Assembly (NCBI GenBank): GCA_016748015.1
Contig: JAAOMT010000096.1
Coordinates: 391,087-455,086, forward strand
DNA from: Geosiphon pyriformis uo1
Lineage: Eukaryota; Fungi; Glomeromycota
Length of the DNA: 64,000 nt
Direction: 5' to 3'
The notes under the pieces: model-generated
The model's database searches: none
The model's input: only the letters and a program-made list of their open reading frames with translations
What the model was told of the DNA's origin: nothing
Program-made: the position numbers and the translations under genes
In this document: piece by piece, positions 12,223 through 26,967 of the stretch
How the letters are laid out: every line of letters starts with the position of its first letter
Numbering within the stretch: the first letter of the stretch is position 1

Positions 12223-13057
12223 TCTTACTTATAGAATATAGAATGTATATTAGCATATAAATTAGCCAATCAGAAGTAGTCATAGTAAATATAGAATTCC
12301 AAGATTTCTCTTAAAGGAATTGCAGAATTCCAGGAATTTCAGGATTTTTGTACAAGAAATTGCAGGATTTCAGAATTTCAGAATTTCTCTCAAAGGAATT
12401 ACAGGATTCCTGGTGTGAAAAATTAAAGAATTGAGGAATCTCAATTATGTATATATATTGGTAGTATTAGAAGTAAAAAAAGAGAGACCTCTTAGTTTAG
12501 ATTTAATCTAAACAATCTTTTATATTACAAATATCAAATAAATAATTATCTAATATCTCAAATCCATTTTTCACTATTAACACTTTATGTTGATAGTAAT
12601 TGATACTTAATTACACTGGAACAATAGCTCTTAATCATGGCTATTAACAAGATACTAACTTTATTGCCTTGGATTATTTCTTTATTTTCTTTTATTTCTT
12701 TTATTTTTTTGTTTTGTTATTTTTGTTGTTTATTAATTGATTAAGGATTAAGTGCTAAATTATTGATGTCAAGAATTGCCTGGTAAAAAACCTCTACAAG
12801 TGGATAGAGCATGTAAAAAATTACGGATTACTTACTAGAGGATTGCTGGCCATCAAACTGAAGAAAAAAATTGACAGAATTGTGATTCTGGAAAGCTATA
12901 AATAAACAACTATTGAATCTCTGTCCATTATACAAAGAACTTGACCAAAACCTTCCAATAACAATACCTTCAGATTACTATCATTGCAAATAACTTCTGA
13001 GCACCAAGTTATGGGTTTTATTATTTGATTTGAAACCCCAAATAATTACTTGTAATA
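12223..13057 (+). repeat. 3' LTR of copy B
   Basis: Homologous to 4953-5802 (reverse complement); contains an AGCCAATCAG CCAAT box (12264-12273), a GGAATTCC-like array and a TATA-like element near 12450. Confidence 0.9.
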
Positions 13058-14930
13058 TCATCAAAATGAGCTGACAAACTTAGCACCAAGGCAGAAAAAT
13101 TTTCCAGCATAGCTTCAAACTTGGCAGTCTCAGAAGAGGCAGATAAACCTAAAATCACAGCAGTCTTGCCACTAGTGGCTTTATCTGAACCCTTTTTTAT
13201 TACTATATTGTTTACATAATTCTGTAATGGGAGAGTCATTGGCAGCTGACATTCAGGGCTAGATTGGGAAATAGCTGGCATAAGTAAATCCAATCTCTTA
13301 GCCAACTCACCAATCTGTTTTATGAGGCTGACAAGACTGCATTCCAAACTTGTAAACCTTACTTCAATGCTATCTGTAGCCAGAGGGGCAGGCTTTATTT
13401 CTGAAGAGAAGCCAAAGCTCAAAAAACCATTGTGCATAGAAAAAGGGAAGATAAAAGATTTACTAACAATCTTTGCCCAAAAAACACCACTAAAAGAGAC
13501 TGGACAAGCCACAGGAGCTGAATGCTTGGCATAAATAACAGCTAGTTTGCTTTTATTAGTATTAGAGAAAACTTTGCATAAGGAATTACTGAAAAGAAGT
13601 TTCTTACCAGTAGCACAGTTCAATAATGTATGACCTAAATTCTTACACTTAACACACTTAGCAAAAACCAAATGAGACCAATGAAAATAGGTGCCTCTTA
13701 TTTAAAGATTCAGCTAAGTCAAAACAAACAATGGCACATCTGGCCTAAGCATAAGTAATAGAATGACAATTGATTGCACAAGTCTTTTCACCTACAGAAC
13801 CAATAAAATTTTAGATGTTATAAATATTTATATCTATTGATAGAGTATAAAGCAGTGCTCTATAATGATCCCTTATGTTCTATGTCTCTTTGTCTAAATC
13901 TAATCTAGCCATGTGTACTGTATCTTTCCCAATTAGAATAAACTATCTAGCTGCGACCAAATCAGTCTGACCTGACTAGTCAAACTCAACCACAGTCTTC
14001 TGCTATAATTCTACCAACTGCATCTTAATTGACTTAATTAAACCAAAATCAGACAGTGCAGCACACACAGTCTTAGCTGATATATTAACAGAAATTTTTT
14101 TTAACACTACAGTCTGATCTAAATGTCTGAATGATTTCTTAAGATTAGTGTTTACTAAGATCTTTACATCAGCAGCCTTTTTGGTGGCTTTTGCTAAACC
14201 CAATTCGGAAGTAAACATTGCTCTGACAATTCCTGAGAATTTTAAGAGAATAAAGACCCCTCTCCCCAAAACCATTGATTTCTAAAAACAATCTTCTAAT
14301 CATCACCAGTTTTTCTTAAAAGGGTTTCCCAGAAACTTTATCAAGTCCAATATCTAAAACAAATGATTTATAAACAGAAACATTAACCAAATTTTTCAGA
14401 GATAGAAGGAGTTCAAGAGAAATATTCAGGAGAAAACCATCAACACTGCCACTACCAGAGAATCTAATTATACTTAATAGTTTACCCAATGCCTTCTTAG
14501 TTTGAATTTACAAATCTTTTGGTGTTTGATTAGGATTTCCACTAATAAAAGCATCATCTTTATCATAATTAAAACTAGTTTCTTCCACCAGACATTCTTT
14601 TTTTATGTCAATACTCTTAGACTTAGTGATGTCACCAGTTTCTAAACTCCAAGATTAACTACTTTGCTTTTTAGCTAAAGACTTCTCACTACCAACACTA
14701 TCTTCCAGAACCTTATTCCTTCTTTTTTTCTTAACAATATGGTTTCAAAATCATCAACCAAACCAGAAATCTTTGTAGCCTTCTTTATAGCAGCAATATT
14801 AGGGCTAACAATGGTCTTATAATCAAGCAAAAACAGTTTGGATTTATTGTACTGAATTGTAAAAACTTCTTTCAAAAAAAACTTTTTTTGACTCTTTATT
14901 AGAATTTTTGAACAAAGAAGAGAAAGAAGT
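13058..14930 (-). mobile_element. LINE copy L1: 5' UTR and ORF1, cut near the ORF1 end by Gypsy B
   Basis: ORFs 14003-14275 and 13021-13671 are homologous to L4 ORF1 (FSGIVRAMFTSE, CVKCKNLGHTLLNC knuckle, FWAKIV). Confidence 0.88.
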
Positions 14931-15027
14931 TTTAATTTTAATTTATAATACTTTAAAGTTATTATATTAAATATGCTAATTATTTTAATATAATTGTTAT
15001 TATATTATTTCTAAAAAAAACACCAAA

Positions 15028-15778
15028 TATTATTAAAGATTTTTTTATCTTTTTTTGTTGTTAATTCTGTTATTTAATAGAAGTTAATAAATTTTTAATT
15101 AGTTAATATTTTTTTAAAGTATTTTTCTATATTTTAGACTATATATATTATTAAGCTTATTATAAAATAGTTAATTTTGCATTAATTATTTTATGTAGTT
15201 ACTTTATAGTAAAATTTAACTCTTTTACAAAAAAATTTTATTTGTAAACTTTCCAAATAATGTGTAATTACTTTGTTATAAAAATCAATTTTTCTATAAA
15301 AAATTTTAACTATAAGTTATCTAATAATATAAAAAAAAAGAAAAAAAAAGAAAATAACTAATTGTTAATTTTTAAGTAAAATATTTAGTAGAAAATATAT
15401 TTTTCTAAAGAAAAAGCTCTTTTTTTATACAATTTTTTGTAATATTATTTTATAATCTAACACTTTTTTTTTCTAATATTTTGGTGAACTAAAGATATAT
15501 TTTGTTAAACTACAAGTTATTTTTATAAACTAATAGTTATTTTAGTAAATTATTAAGTATTTTATTAAATTTATAAATATTTTAGCAAATTTTAAATGTT
15601 ATATAGTTTGAAGTATTACATAATTTAATTATTACAATATAATTATATTTGTGTTTTATACAAATTAAATTATTAATTAAATAATTTAATAAGATAATAA
15701 ATAATATATACTAATTAATAATAAAAATTATAAAAATAATTTCATGCTAATTAATAACTTAAATTTCTGTTGATAATA
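15028..15778 (-). repeat. Decayed LTR of family F, with a PBS relic at about 15010-15027
   Basis: Aligns with the solo LTR 33436-34398 (e.g. ATAAAAATAATTTCATGCTAA, AATGTGTAATTACTTTGTT); CACCAAA is adjacent. Confidence 0.7.
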
Positions 15779-16800
15779 ATACTTAGTTTAAATTATATAA
15801 TTTAATATATAGTGTTAAATTGTATATAAGCTTTACTTATTAAATAATAATAAAAATAATAAATTTGTGTAAAAATATTTGTTAATTTTAGAAATAAGTT
15901 TAATATTTTTTTAAAATAATAATATAATTTATTATTTAATAATTTTATAAAAATAATATAAAATTTAATTAAATAATTTTATTAAAAATATTACAGATTT
16001 AAATAATAATATTAATAAAAAATATATAAAAAATAGTTGATTTTTTTATTATATTTTAATAAAATGTAATTTAATTACTTATAATTATATAATAATAAAT
16101 TATTATACCAAAAATATAGTTTATATATTAAATATTATAATTAGGCTTTAATCAGTTAAAATTATAATAAATATTTATATTACTATTTAAAATAAAAAAA
16201 TTTAATAATTTTAATAAAACAAAATTATAATCTAAAATAAAATAACAATAATTATTATATTTAAAAACCAAAAAATTCAAAAACAAAATTAATATTATAA
16301 ATAAATTTGTTAAATATTATTTTGTAATTTAATATTATTATGTATTAAATTTATTTAAAATTTTAGATTAAAGTTTTATATATAAAACACAAAAAATTAA
16401 TAATTTAATAATTTTTAATACTTAATATCTAATTTTTTTGTGTTTTTTAACAGATTTATTTAGGTATTTTTTAAATAAGTTATTCAATTTTAATAAGTTA
16501 ATTTTATGTTTATAATATATATTTTTATTAGATTATTTATAATATTATAAATTTTATGCTATTTTTTTTAATAAGTATTTTCAATAAAAACAAATAAATA
16601 ATAAAACAAAATAAAAAAAACAAAAAATTAATATTTTATTAATGATAATAATTTTAAATTATGCTTTTAATATTAGATACTTAATAATAATTTAAATTTA
16701 ATTTGTTAATAATAATAATTTATTAGATTTTAAAGTTATATTAATAATAATTTTTATTAAAATAGTTTTAATATAAAAATAAAAATAGTTTTATTATATA

Positions 16801-19800
16801 TTTTTTTTTATTAGGTTTTATAAGTGCAGCCTAACTATTACCTAAATACATAAAATCAAAACAGATTCTAAATTAAGCATGGCTCATGTTTTTTTTATAT
16901 GTGACCAGCTATTTGGGCCAATCAAAGCAATACTATACACCAAATTCATCAACTACAAAAATATTATGCAAAAAACCAAAAGCTAATCTGAAAAAACAAA
17001 AATACAAGCCAAAACAAATATAGATACCCAATCTAAAGCCAAAACTGCAGAACAAATCACTAGACCACAAGGATAACAAACCAGAAACTAAGAAAACATC
17101 CATACTATCATATGGCAAAAAATCATGCTTTTCATAAAAAGATCTCAATTTCAGCAAAGCCATAGACTAACTTAACAATCACATTACCACCAGGATCAGA
17201 ACCCAAAATACATAAAGTCTTAGTTACTCAACTTTTTAACACAAAACTCTTAACCAGACACCCCAGTCTTGTACAGAGAACAAATGACCACACCACTATT
17301 TACAGAAGTGCTCACCAAATCACCCTACTTATGTATAATGTTTGACAGTACATCATTCTTAGCATTGATATCATGTGAGCATAAGAACATGTGATCAGAA
17401 TCTTCTTCCACATCACATTGGATCCAAGCCATGCTTGAGTAAGTATGGTTATACAATCTCTTCTTTTTGGCCACAAGCAAATGTCAATGCAGAGCTTTCA
17501 TAAAATAAGATTGAAGCAGTACTGATAATGCACATGTAAAACCAAAGTGAATCTTGTTATCAGAATGTCAGACACTAAAGGTCTTAACCATATTAAAACC
17601 ACCACTCAAGCATATATCTATGGTATTGTCTACACATCTGGATTTTCATTCAACAAAACTAACAGAATTAAACAAACTCCTAACAAAGTGACAAGCATTT
17701 TCAGAGACAGGCTTTTCTTCTACATTTAAAAAATGACAAGACATTTCAAGAGGCAAAAAGAAGTGTAAAGAAGTCATAGCACTAGCATAAAAATCAGCAT
17801 GCTTGTTTCCAACAACACCAAAATGACCCTTGACCTTTTTCCATTTAATCAACAAATTCTTCTTTAAGATAACCTAACATATATGCTCCCTTTTGATTCA
17901 ACACTTGTTATGTAGATCAGGATCAGACACAACTCTACCAGGTTTGCACATGTCTAATGACATTTGACTATCTGTAAACAAAGTAACAATGCAAGACACA
18001 GGCACACAATCTAAAGCAAGAGTGATAGCATGCAGCTTTGTCAAAGTTAATGATAGCAAACCATATACTTTAACATTAACACCAATGTTAACAGCCAGAA
18101 AATAGACAGCAACACCACCACAAGTGCCAATTGAGCCTATATCTTTGACAAAACCATCTGTGTAGACTTCTACAGCATTTGGGTTCGAGACCAACAAACA
18201 CTAACAAATAAAACCAAAATCAAAGAGGCAGTCAGAGTGACCAAGATAGAAAACCAAAGTACCAGCAGTAAGTGGGCACCTATTCACAATAAACTTGGCC
18301 ACTATACTAAACTATACAGGAATCAAACCCCTAGGGCAAAGTCTCTTTCACCTATAAAAAGTGTTCCATATAAAACAAAAACCATAATGGTCCAAAAGTT
18401 GGCTCATGAAAATGACACCATATCTCTTTAGAGAACACACCACTTTAGAATAAATGTTCAAGCCCAGCACATTCAAAATAGAAGCACGACTTCCAGCATG
18501 GAAAACATCAGACAAGTCTTCACCCAAAAACACATTACACAAAACCAGAGCACATGTTACATCTGCTAAAAAACAATTTATTGAATCTATTAACAGTTTA
18601 ATCAAAGCACAGAGGGGATGTCAGGACATTTAGCTAACAGTCTGTAAATCCATAGCTCTGTGTATGAATAATTTGCTGAAAATTCTACCAGCATTGGCAA
18701 AGTTAATAAAATTAGCCATCAGATTCTCAAATAGTGACTGCACAAAAGTTTTTAAGCCATAAAACTCCAAATAGTACAATGTTTTATTTGGGAAATTTCT
18801 GGGCAAATTAGCTTTAAGCTTCAGGTCTTTTCTTATCAAACTGTCCCATTTTCTGCACACACTCTGAGAAATCCAACTGAATTACAATCTGTAGTTTATA
18901 ATGGGCTGTAAAACTGTAGACACCAAATACAAAAATTGCTTTTCTGTAATGGCTTTCTACAAAACCACATTAGAAAAAAACCTTATATCTTTATGAGCCC
19001 TAGCCACACTTGGTATGGATAAGCCATTAGTTGACAAAAAAATCCCCAAGTATTGATGAGATTTGTGGTTCTTGGCTATAAGTATACATAAACTACTGAT
19101 TGAAAGCAAAGCTTTCTTAGCACCTTGATTAATAGGAATGATGACCATCTTGTTTATATTAATTGAGATATTATTAATTGAAAAAAATTTACTTGTAATG
19201 TTTAAAATCTATTGTGTAGCTGCCATACAATTATTAACCCAAATAATATTATCGACAAAGACGCCAGCAGCAAAAAAAGAAGTTTTGTTGTGTCTAAGAT
19301 CAACTTTGCCAGTTTTTGTGAAAAAATTAGAACAAATCCTGTATTCATACAACTGTTTATGTCTCTTAACTTTACAGAGCAAGAGATCATAGAAAATTCT
19401 CCACAGTAAAAGTGAAAAAACCTTTTTCTGATCTAAGCTATCATAAACAGCATACCCATTAGTAAGCCCAAAATTTGTCATAATGCAGTTGATCTGGCCA
19501 TTGTGTATATTTCTAAAAAACTTTATAAAATGGGAACACATTTTGATCCTGGCTAAGCTGTTCCTTAAATGTGACTATCCAACAGAATCATATGCCTTCT
19601 GCATGTTTTGAAGGACCAATCATAGCTTCCTGTTCTTCTCTAATGTATCTTCTACCAAAAAACCAATAGCAAAAATTGGGATTTGAGTAGATGTGCTTTT
19701 CAAAACCGAAAAATTGTTATTATACAAGACATTATAATTACTACAGACAGACAAGATTTTATTGGACAGGATTTTTGACAAGACTTTCCAGGCAAATTCA

Positions 19801-22800
19801 ATCAAGGCTATAGATCTGGCATTGATAAAATTACCCTTCTACTCATATAGTTTTGGTATTATAGAAACCTAAGCATGTTTTTATTTCATAGAAATCTTAT
19901 TCAATATTAAGCACAAATTTAGGATATTCAGCAAACTAACCAAGATTCACTTATTACTATTCTTCTAAAGCTCATTAAGAATACCAGACAGACTTGTAGC
20001 TTTATCATCTGGCAGATTTTTAACAACCTGAAGAAATTCCTCTGACCCAATTTTACACATAACACTAGTAAATACACCATTATTAACATAACTTAAGAGA
20101 ACATATTGGTTGGACCACTAATCAGACCATACACTAGACACTGCATGCTGTCTTGTTTATCCTATCATAATCTTGTTAACCATGGCTTTAACTTCACATA
20201 AGTCTAAGATCAAATTATTGTCAACTATCAAATAGTCAAGCACAATCTTCTGAAATGTTCATTCCAAAATGTTTCTGATCATATGACTTTTATCTGAACA
20301 AAAATTTTCCATGTGTTTCTTAATAGTCACTCTGATAGATTCATTCTTGACAATTCTGGATTCATAATACTTAGACTTGTGGTAACTTTTTTTAACCCCT
20401 AAAAGATAATAGAAAACTACCACTGAACTAGTCTTATTATTAATCATATTACAAACCTTAGAGACTCTTTTCTTATCAATTGAAAACCAAACATCCAGAA
20501 AACAAAAAATATCCAAATTCTGGTCTGAACTAATACTCTTTACAAGCTTGGCCACCAACATTTCCAGCCTGAAAAACTTCGAAGACTGCCTATTCTTAAA
20601 ACAATCAAACTTGCTAAACCACAATCTAAAAAACACATTGTCAACAGAACTAACCACCACCCCTCTAAGTAACTCCCACATAGTATTTAAGTCACCACAA
20701 TTTTTCACATCATTAAAGCTAGACTCCAACTGTAAGAATTTGTCCAAAGACAGAGTCCTAAACTGCAACCATTTGTCTGTATTGGCATTTTTAATTCTGA
20801 ACTTCTATTTATCTCTATTTGTCTGCATCCACTCAGCATTAAGGCAAAAATTCAGCAAACCACCCAAACCAATGGCAATTAAAACTGCTCTGTGATCAGT
20901 ATCAAAAAATTTAGACACAGAAAAGACCTTATGGCCAGCAATAGCAGAAGTCAAATCTTGGTTCACAAAAATAAAGTCAATAATTTTTTTCATGCCTCTA
21001 AAATTGCTCTAAGTAGAAACTTTGAACAAAAAATGTCTATGAAATAAGTTAACTAACCCCAAATCCAAACAAAACTTGTAACTTGCACTCCTTCCAGTGT
21101 CATCTTTATTGAAATCTTTACCTAAGACCATGAATATACTAGTATTGACCACTTTGATAATAGACAAATTAACATTTGACACCTGACTAAACTTTGCTTC
21201 AGCAGATACACCAGCATATAAACCCATTATTATAACTAACTGTTTCTTTTTGAACAAAAGTTTCACTGAAATAACCTGACCAGAAATTTTCTCTACTTTA
21301 GACATGTGCCATGCCAGAAAACTGTTCATAATAATAGCCATTCCAGTTCCAAGAAAACCTTTATCCAAACCAGATATAAAAACACAAATACCACAAACTT
21401 ATTTATTATCCATGGCCTAATGCTAGACCTTAACTTTGTTTCCATAATAATTGAAACCAAATTTCCTGAATTCTTATCCCAATGAATAATGTTTTCTTGC
21501 TTAGTAGGGACATTGATACTCTGAACATTGCACATGGCAATTTTTCATACCAACTCACTCATTGAGAAGAAATGTTTGCAAAAGAAACTGAAACAGCACA
21601 AACTTGCTCTAATTTCGCTATAACTGAACCAATAAAGGCCTCCAGAGCCACTAACTTTGATTCTAAACAACCCATCTTGGTAGTCAAAACTCTCAAACTA
21701 CTCAACCCCAAAGTTGAAACATCAGGGGAAATGAAAAAAGAAGGTGGAAGCATCACTTTAGGGCCATCCAAAACCATATTGGATCTGAATCCAAATTGGT
21801 GGTTTTTAAGACAGTTAAAATGGGAGCAGAAAGAATAGAAGCCAGAGACACCAATTCTATATTATTGAGTTTGCATGCTATACCAAAAACCTGATCCGTC
21901 AAAAGCTCTAGGAAATGTTCCAAAGAAGCCAGATGGTTACTCAAAGACACATTACTAATTGGAACAAAAGGAAAACTTCCACTTGAACCTAAAAAACCCA
22001 AGAGAAGAGAACCAGAACCAGAACCAAAACAATGGCCACTAGAGGAATCATCTAGTGTGACCACTTGGGCCCATAATTTGCTACCAAAAGAAGCAGGCTG
22101 AAAGATTAGAATATTCTTTTTCCTGTATAGCTTGGCTAACTGAAGGCAAACCTCTTTAAGAATAACTCTTTTATATAGTTTCTTAGAGGACAGAAGAATA
22201 GACACTTCTGACACATTATATTTCAAAGTTGAATGTTCAAAACACCCATATTTTTCACAACAAACCAAGTTCAATTTAGTCCAAAAAAGCTTTACACCAC
22301 CAAATATCAGCTCTGTACAAAAAACAGATTTCAATTTCTTATCAGAGTTAAAGCCAACTATGGTACAATGAATCCTATTGCCAGTTTCCAAAGATCAATT
22401 TATGATGTATGTTTTCTCACCAGCTCTTTTTAAGAGAGTTCCAAGATCATGTGCTGTTGTTTTTATAGGCAAAATAAACAGAAGTGCTCTAAACCAATCC
22501 CTAAATGCCCAAATTTTCTGATCTCCTATAGCCATAGCCATATAAACTGAATTTTTCCTAATTAAAAAAGATCATCTTGAAGCCAACTGCTCAGTCTGAC
22601 TAGATTTGGCAAATTCAACTACAGTCTTCTACCATAGTCCAATGAGCTGTAATCAGATTGACACCACTTGACCAAATTCGGATAAAGCTGTGACAATTAT
22701 CTTCTTAGGCATATTTATAAGAATTTTTTTAACAACCACAGTCTGATTTGAATGAATTCCTTGTTTTTTAAGATCATTATTTATGATAATTCTTTTATCT

Positions 22801-23560
22801 TTAGCCAATGAAATGGTCTTTCTCAAACTTTCTTTAAACATAAACATTGATTGAATGATCTCTTCAAATTTTGAGAAAGTAGTGGTTCCTCCAAAACTAT
22901 TGATTACTGAAAATAATTTTCTAATCACCTGAGTTTTCACAGTTATTGATTTGCCATTCACTGCTGAGAGATTGATATCCAAAGCAAAAGACTTCTTAAC
23001 AGCAATTTCTACCTGAGTTTTAATAATTTTTGGGTCAACTTATTTCTTATTTAAAGAGATTGGAAGGCAAGAAAGAAAAGAGACTTTTTTATTATTATCT
23101 ATAACAAAATTAGGAGATCCAAGAGAAAAACCAAAAACAGCACTAGTATCAACACACTTTGCTTTAGGAGTATTAGCAGCCAAATCCAGAAGAGACTCAT
23201 TAATAATGCCAATTATGATAACACTTTTTTCATTACCAGACAAACTATCCATATTAAAAAACATATTATTACTAAGCTTAGACTTGCTCAGAGAGATATT
23301 CTTTTCATTACCTGAGTGTTTGACATTTCTAAACACAACTTTTTTTTTTTGTGAGAAAAAACTACCTACAAGACCATAAAAAACACCCTTTAGTACTTTC
23401 TTTTTAGATATATTGTCACTAGAAGCAGCCTCCAAGTTTTTGAAAAAGGGGTTATTAGAAAAAGAAATTGTTAGATATTAATAAGAAAAAAACAAAAAAA
23501 CTTCTATTTCAGAAAACCACTTTTTTAAGGATTTTGTGAATGTAAGAAAGAAAGAAGTTT
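16801..23560 (-). mobile_element. Full-length decayed LINE copy L2
   Basis: ORF1 about 23435-21559 and ORF2 about 21562-16933 (APE, RT, RNase H VYTDG, zinc finger); poly(A) at 16801-16809; candidate TSD TTTTATTATAT at 16789-16799 and 23559-23569. Confidence 0.93.
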
Positions 23561-26500
23561 TTATTATATTTATTATAATATTATTCTTTTAATTATTTAA
23601 TTATTATTTAATATAAACAATTTTTTGGTTTTTTTGTAAAGAATAATAAAATTTTCAATAAATTTTATATTGGTTTTTTAATATATAATAATATAATAAA
23701 TTTTTAAAAGAAATAGATTATAACTTTTTTTATAAAAATAATATGGTTTTTTTTGAAATTATTAAGCAAATTTGTGTTAATAATTAGTAAAAAATTTTTT
23801 GATCATATTTTTCTATTTATTATTTTATTTTTATTATAGTAATTACAAAATTATGTAATTAATATCTCTTTAAAAAAATTTTGCTTTAACAAAATTGAAT
23901 TTTTTTTTAAAATATAATTGTTTTATTTATAAATATAAAAATTGGAAGTTAATTTAATTAAAATATAATTGTATAGTAATTTTAAATTTTTTTAAAATAA
24001 ATTTTTATAAATATAAATAATTTGTTTTTGTATATTTTATTTTTGTTATTTTAATAACTATTATAATAATATTTTGTCTTTTATAAATTATATTATCTAA
24101 AAAACACCAAATTTTACAAATAGATTTGTTAAATATTATCTTATAATTATATATTAAATTTATTAAAAAATTTTAAACTGGAATTTTTTTTTATTAATTT
24201 TACAAATAAAACTCAATTATTAAATATTTTAAAATAAATATAATTCATGTATTTTCTATATAAAACCAATTATTTAATTTAATTAAAACTCTATTATATA
24301 ATTATTTATATTAAAATATTGTTATTTAGACCAAAAAATTATATTGTGTTTAATAACCAAAATTAATTACAAAAATCTTATTAATATTAAAAATATAAGT
24401 AATTCTATTTAAAAACTTAGTAAATAATTTTTGTTATATATATAATACAAAATTATTATTATTTATTAAGCTATTTTTTTTTATAATAACTCTAAATTTA
24501 AATTTATATAATTATATTTTATTTTAATAAACCATAACTAACTAGTACATAAAATTTATTAATTTTAATATTATCTTTTTAATTTTTCAAAACCCAAAAT
24601 AACTTTTGTAAACCAAGTTTTAAATATTATATTTTTGCAAAAATATAATTTACAAATTATTATTAAACTTATTAATAAATAAAATTAACAAAATTAACAA
24701 TAACAAAATATAAATATTAGTCAAAAATTTTTAATTCTTAATAAAATTCAAAAATAATTTTTTGTAAATATTAATATTTTTATTATATATAAATATAGAA
24801 TTAAAAAGTTTTATCTTTATATAATATAAATATTAAATATTAAAATAAAATCTATTATAAAAATGTTTTCTAATAGCAATTAACAATTATTTATAAAATA
24901 TTTTTATAATATAAGTATATAAATTAAATAAACATTTATTTGTAAAATCAGTTAATATATACAAATTAAAATATTATACTAATAAAATACAAAATTAATC
25001 TATGTTTTTAAGTAAAAAATTATTAATTATTGTTAAATTAAATCTGGTTTTTTAGTAAACACAACATATTAATTTGTATATATTATATATAAAGTAATAA
25101 ATATTGATAAAAACTAAAATATTATTTGCCAAAATATAATATTTAAAAATAAAAACAAGAAAAATAAAAAATAAAATAATAGTTTTATTAGCCAATATAT
25201 CAATTTAATTATTATTTATAATATCTAAATAGTTTTTAACTTTTGATTAAATAACTAAAATTAAATTGATTATATATTACTTTTTTTTAATAATAATTAC
25301 AAAAATTTAATAAAATTAAGTTAGATTCAAATTATAACATTTAAAATAGTTTGATTATTTAAATAAATTATTATTTTATTAGAAAATAGAATATATTTAA
25401 AACAAATACAATGATTTGTAATTTAACTAATATTAAAAATAACAAACTATATATTTTAATATTAATATTTAACTTAAATTTGAAAAAAAACCACAGTTTT
25501 ATAGACAATTTTAAATAAACCTAAATTTTTTAACAATTTATTTATATAAATATTAATAATATTAAGACATGTTTTTAAAAAACATTTTTGCAAATTAAAA
25601 AAATTATTCAAACCAAAAATATTATAACAATTAAATTTACAAGTCAAAAAAAAATTAACAAAAACTTGACTATTAATTTACATAAAATTAGCAGCCAAAA
25701 AAAATTAATATAGTATTAAGTCTTTAAAATTCAATTTTTTTAATAACAAAAAATTTTAATTTAGAATATTATTATAATTATTCAAAAATTTATTATAAAA
25801 TAATATTTTAAAATACTTTAAAGAATAAATTATATTATAATACATAAACATATATAAAATATTAAACATTAAAAAATAATTAATACTATAAAAAATATTA
25901 AATAAATTATTTATAAAAAAAAATTTATTATTTAAAAATTTTTTTATAATACTTATTAAAAAGTTATTAATTAAATTAATTCTTAATTTAATAAAAAATT
26001 GCACTAGATTTTTTAAAGTTTAATCAAAAATCTGTAAATCTAAAAATTAATAATTAAGATAATGGCCAAAAATATTAATAGTATTAAAAAAAATAATAAC
26101 TAATATCATTTTTTTTAGGTTAAATCTGCTTAAAAAATTTTAATTTATATAAAAAAAATAATACAACATTTTATTAAAAAGTTTTAAACAAATTAATTTT
26201 TAACTTTGAACTTTTTTTTATTATAATATTTTATTTATAACATATATACTTTAAAACAAAACTAAATTAAAATTGATAATTAATAATTAATTATAAAATA
26301 ACCAAAATCAAATATAAAAACTACTTGTCTAAAATTGCTTTTTTTAATACCAAATTTAAAAAAACTTAATATTAAAATGTATTTTGGTTAAACTAGACTT
26401 AAACAATTTTTTTATAAGCAAAAAAAATTCAAATATTTATAAGATTTTTTTAGTAATAAAAATTACCAAACATTAATAAGTAAAAATATATTTTTAATCT

Positions 26501-26967
26501 GTTAATTAATTAAAATAGTTATTGTTTTGTTATTATTAATTAAATAATATTAATTTTAAAAAACTTACTTGTAATATTTAGAATATATTAAATTAAAATT
26601 TAATTACTCTTTATTTAAATTGTATTATTAATAAATATATTAACTACAAAAAAATGTTATACCAGTTTAATTTTTTATTTTATTTGTCTTGGTAACAAAT
26701 TTAGTATTAATATAATAGTTATATAAATGTTTATGTTTTTTTACTTTATATAAAAAAAATTGTAAAAAATTCTCAACAAAAACAAAAAAACTTTTTCTTA
26801 ATCTAATTTATTATATACTTTATAATTATTTAAAAAATCCAAATCTGTTATTATCTAGTTAAATTTTTATAAATTTTTTCAAAATATTTTATAAAACAAT
26901 TATATATTTTAATATATTATAAATTTTTTTTAAATAAAGTTATTCTATTAAATTCTAAACTTTATAC
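23561..26967. other. Extremely AT-rich relic region, probably decayed Gypsy elements
   Basis: CACCAAA PBS-like relic near 24105; 24110-24190 is homologous to 16300-16380. Confidence 0.5.

Larger units (their letters stand above)
5803..13057 (+). mobile_element. Ty3/Gypsy copy B (dUTPase family), interrupted in gag by copy A
   Basis: End of gag, then PR (LILDSG near 6312-6329), Cys-rich linker, dUTPase, RT (YLDD 9309-9320), RNase H, integrase, ORF3, PPT and 3' LTR. PR-RT-RH-IN order indicates Ty3/Gypsy. Confidence 0.95.

Noticed and set aside
25756-26004. Small F/I/N/Y/L-rich ORFs (also 41008, 44314, 46382, 62807)
   Set aside because: Low-complexity chance frames in AT-rich DNA, in LTRs, or antisense to pol.
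23561-26967. AT-rich blocks as mitochondrial or endosymbiont insertions
   Set aside because: No recognisable genes or RNAs; alignable LTR and PBS relics point to decayed transposons.
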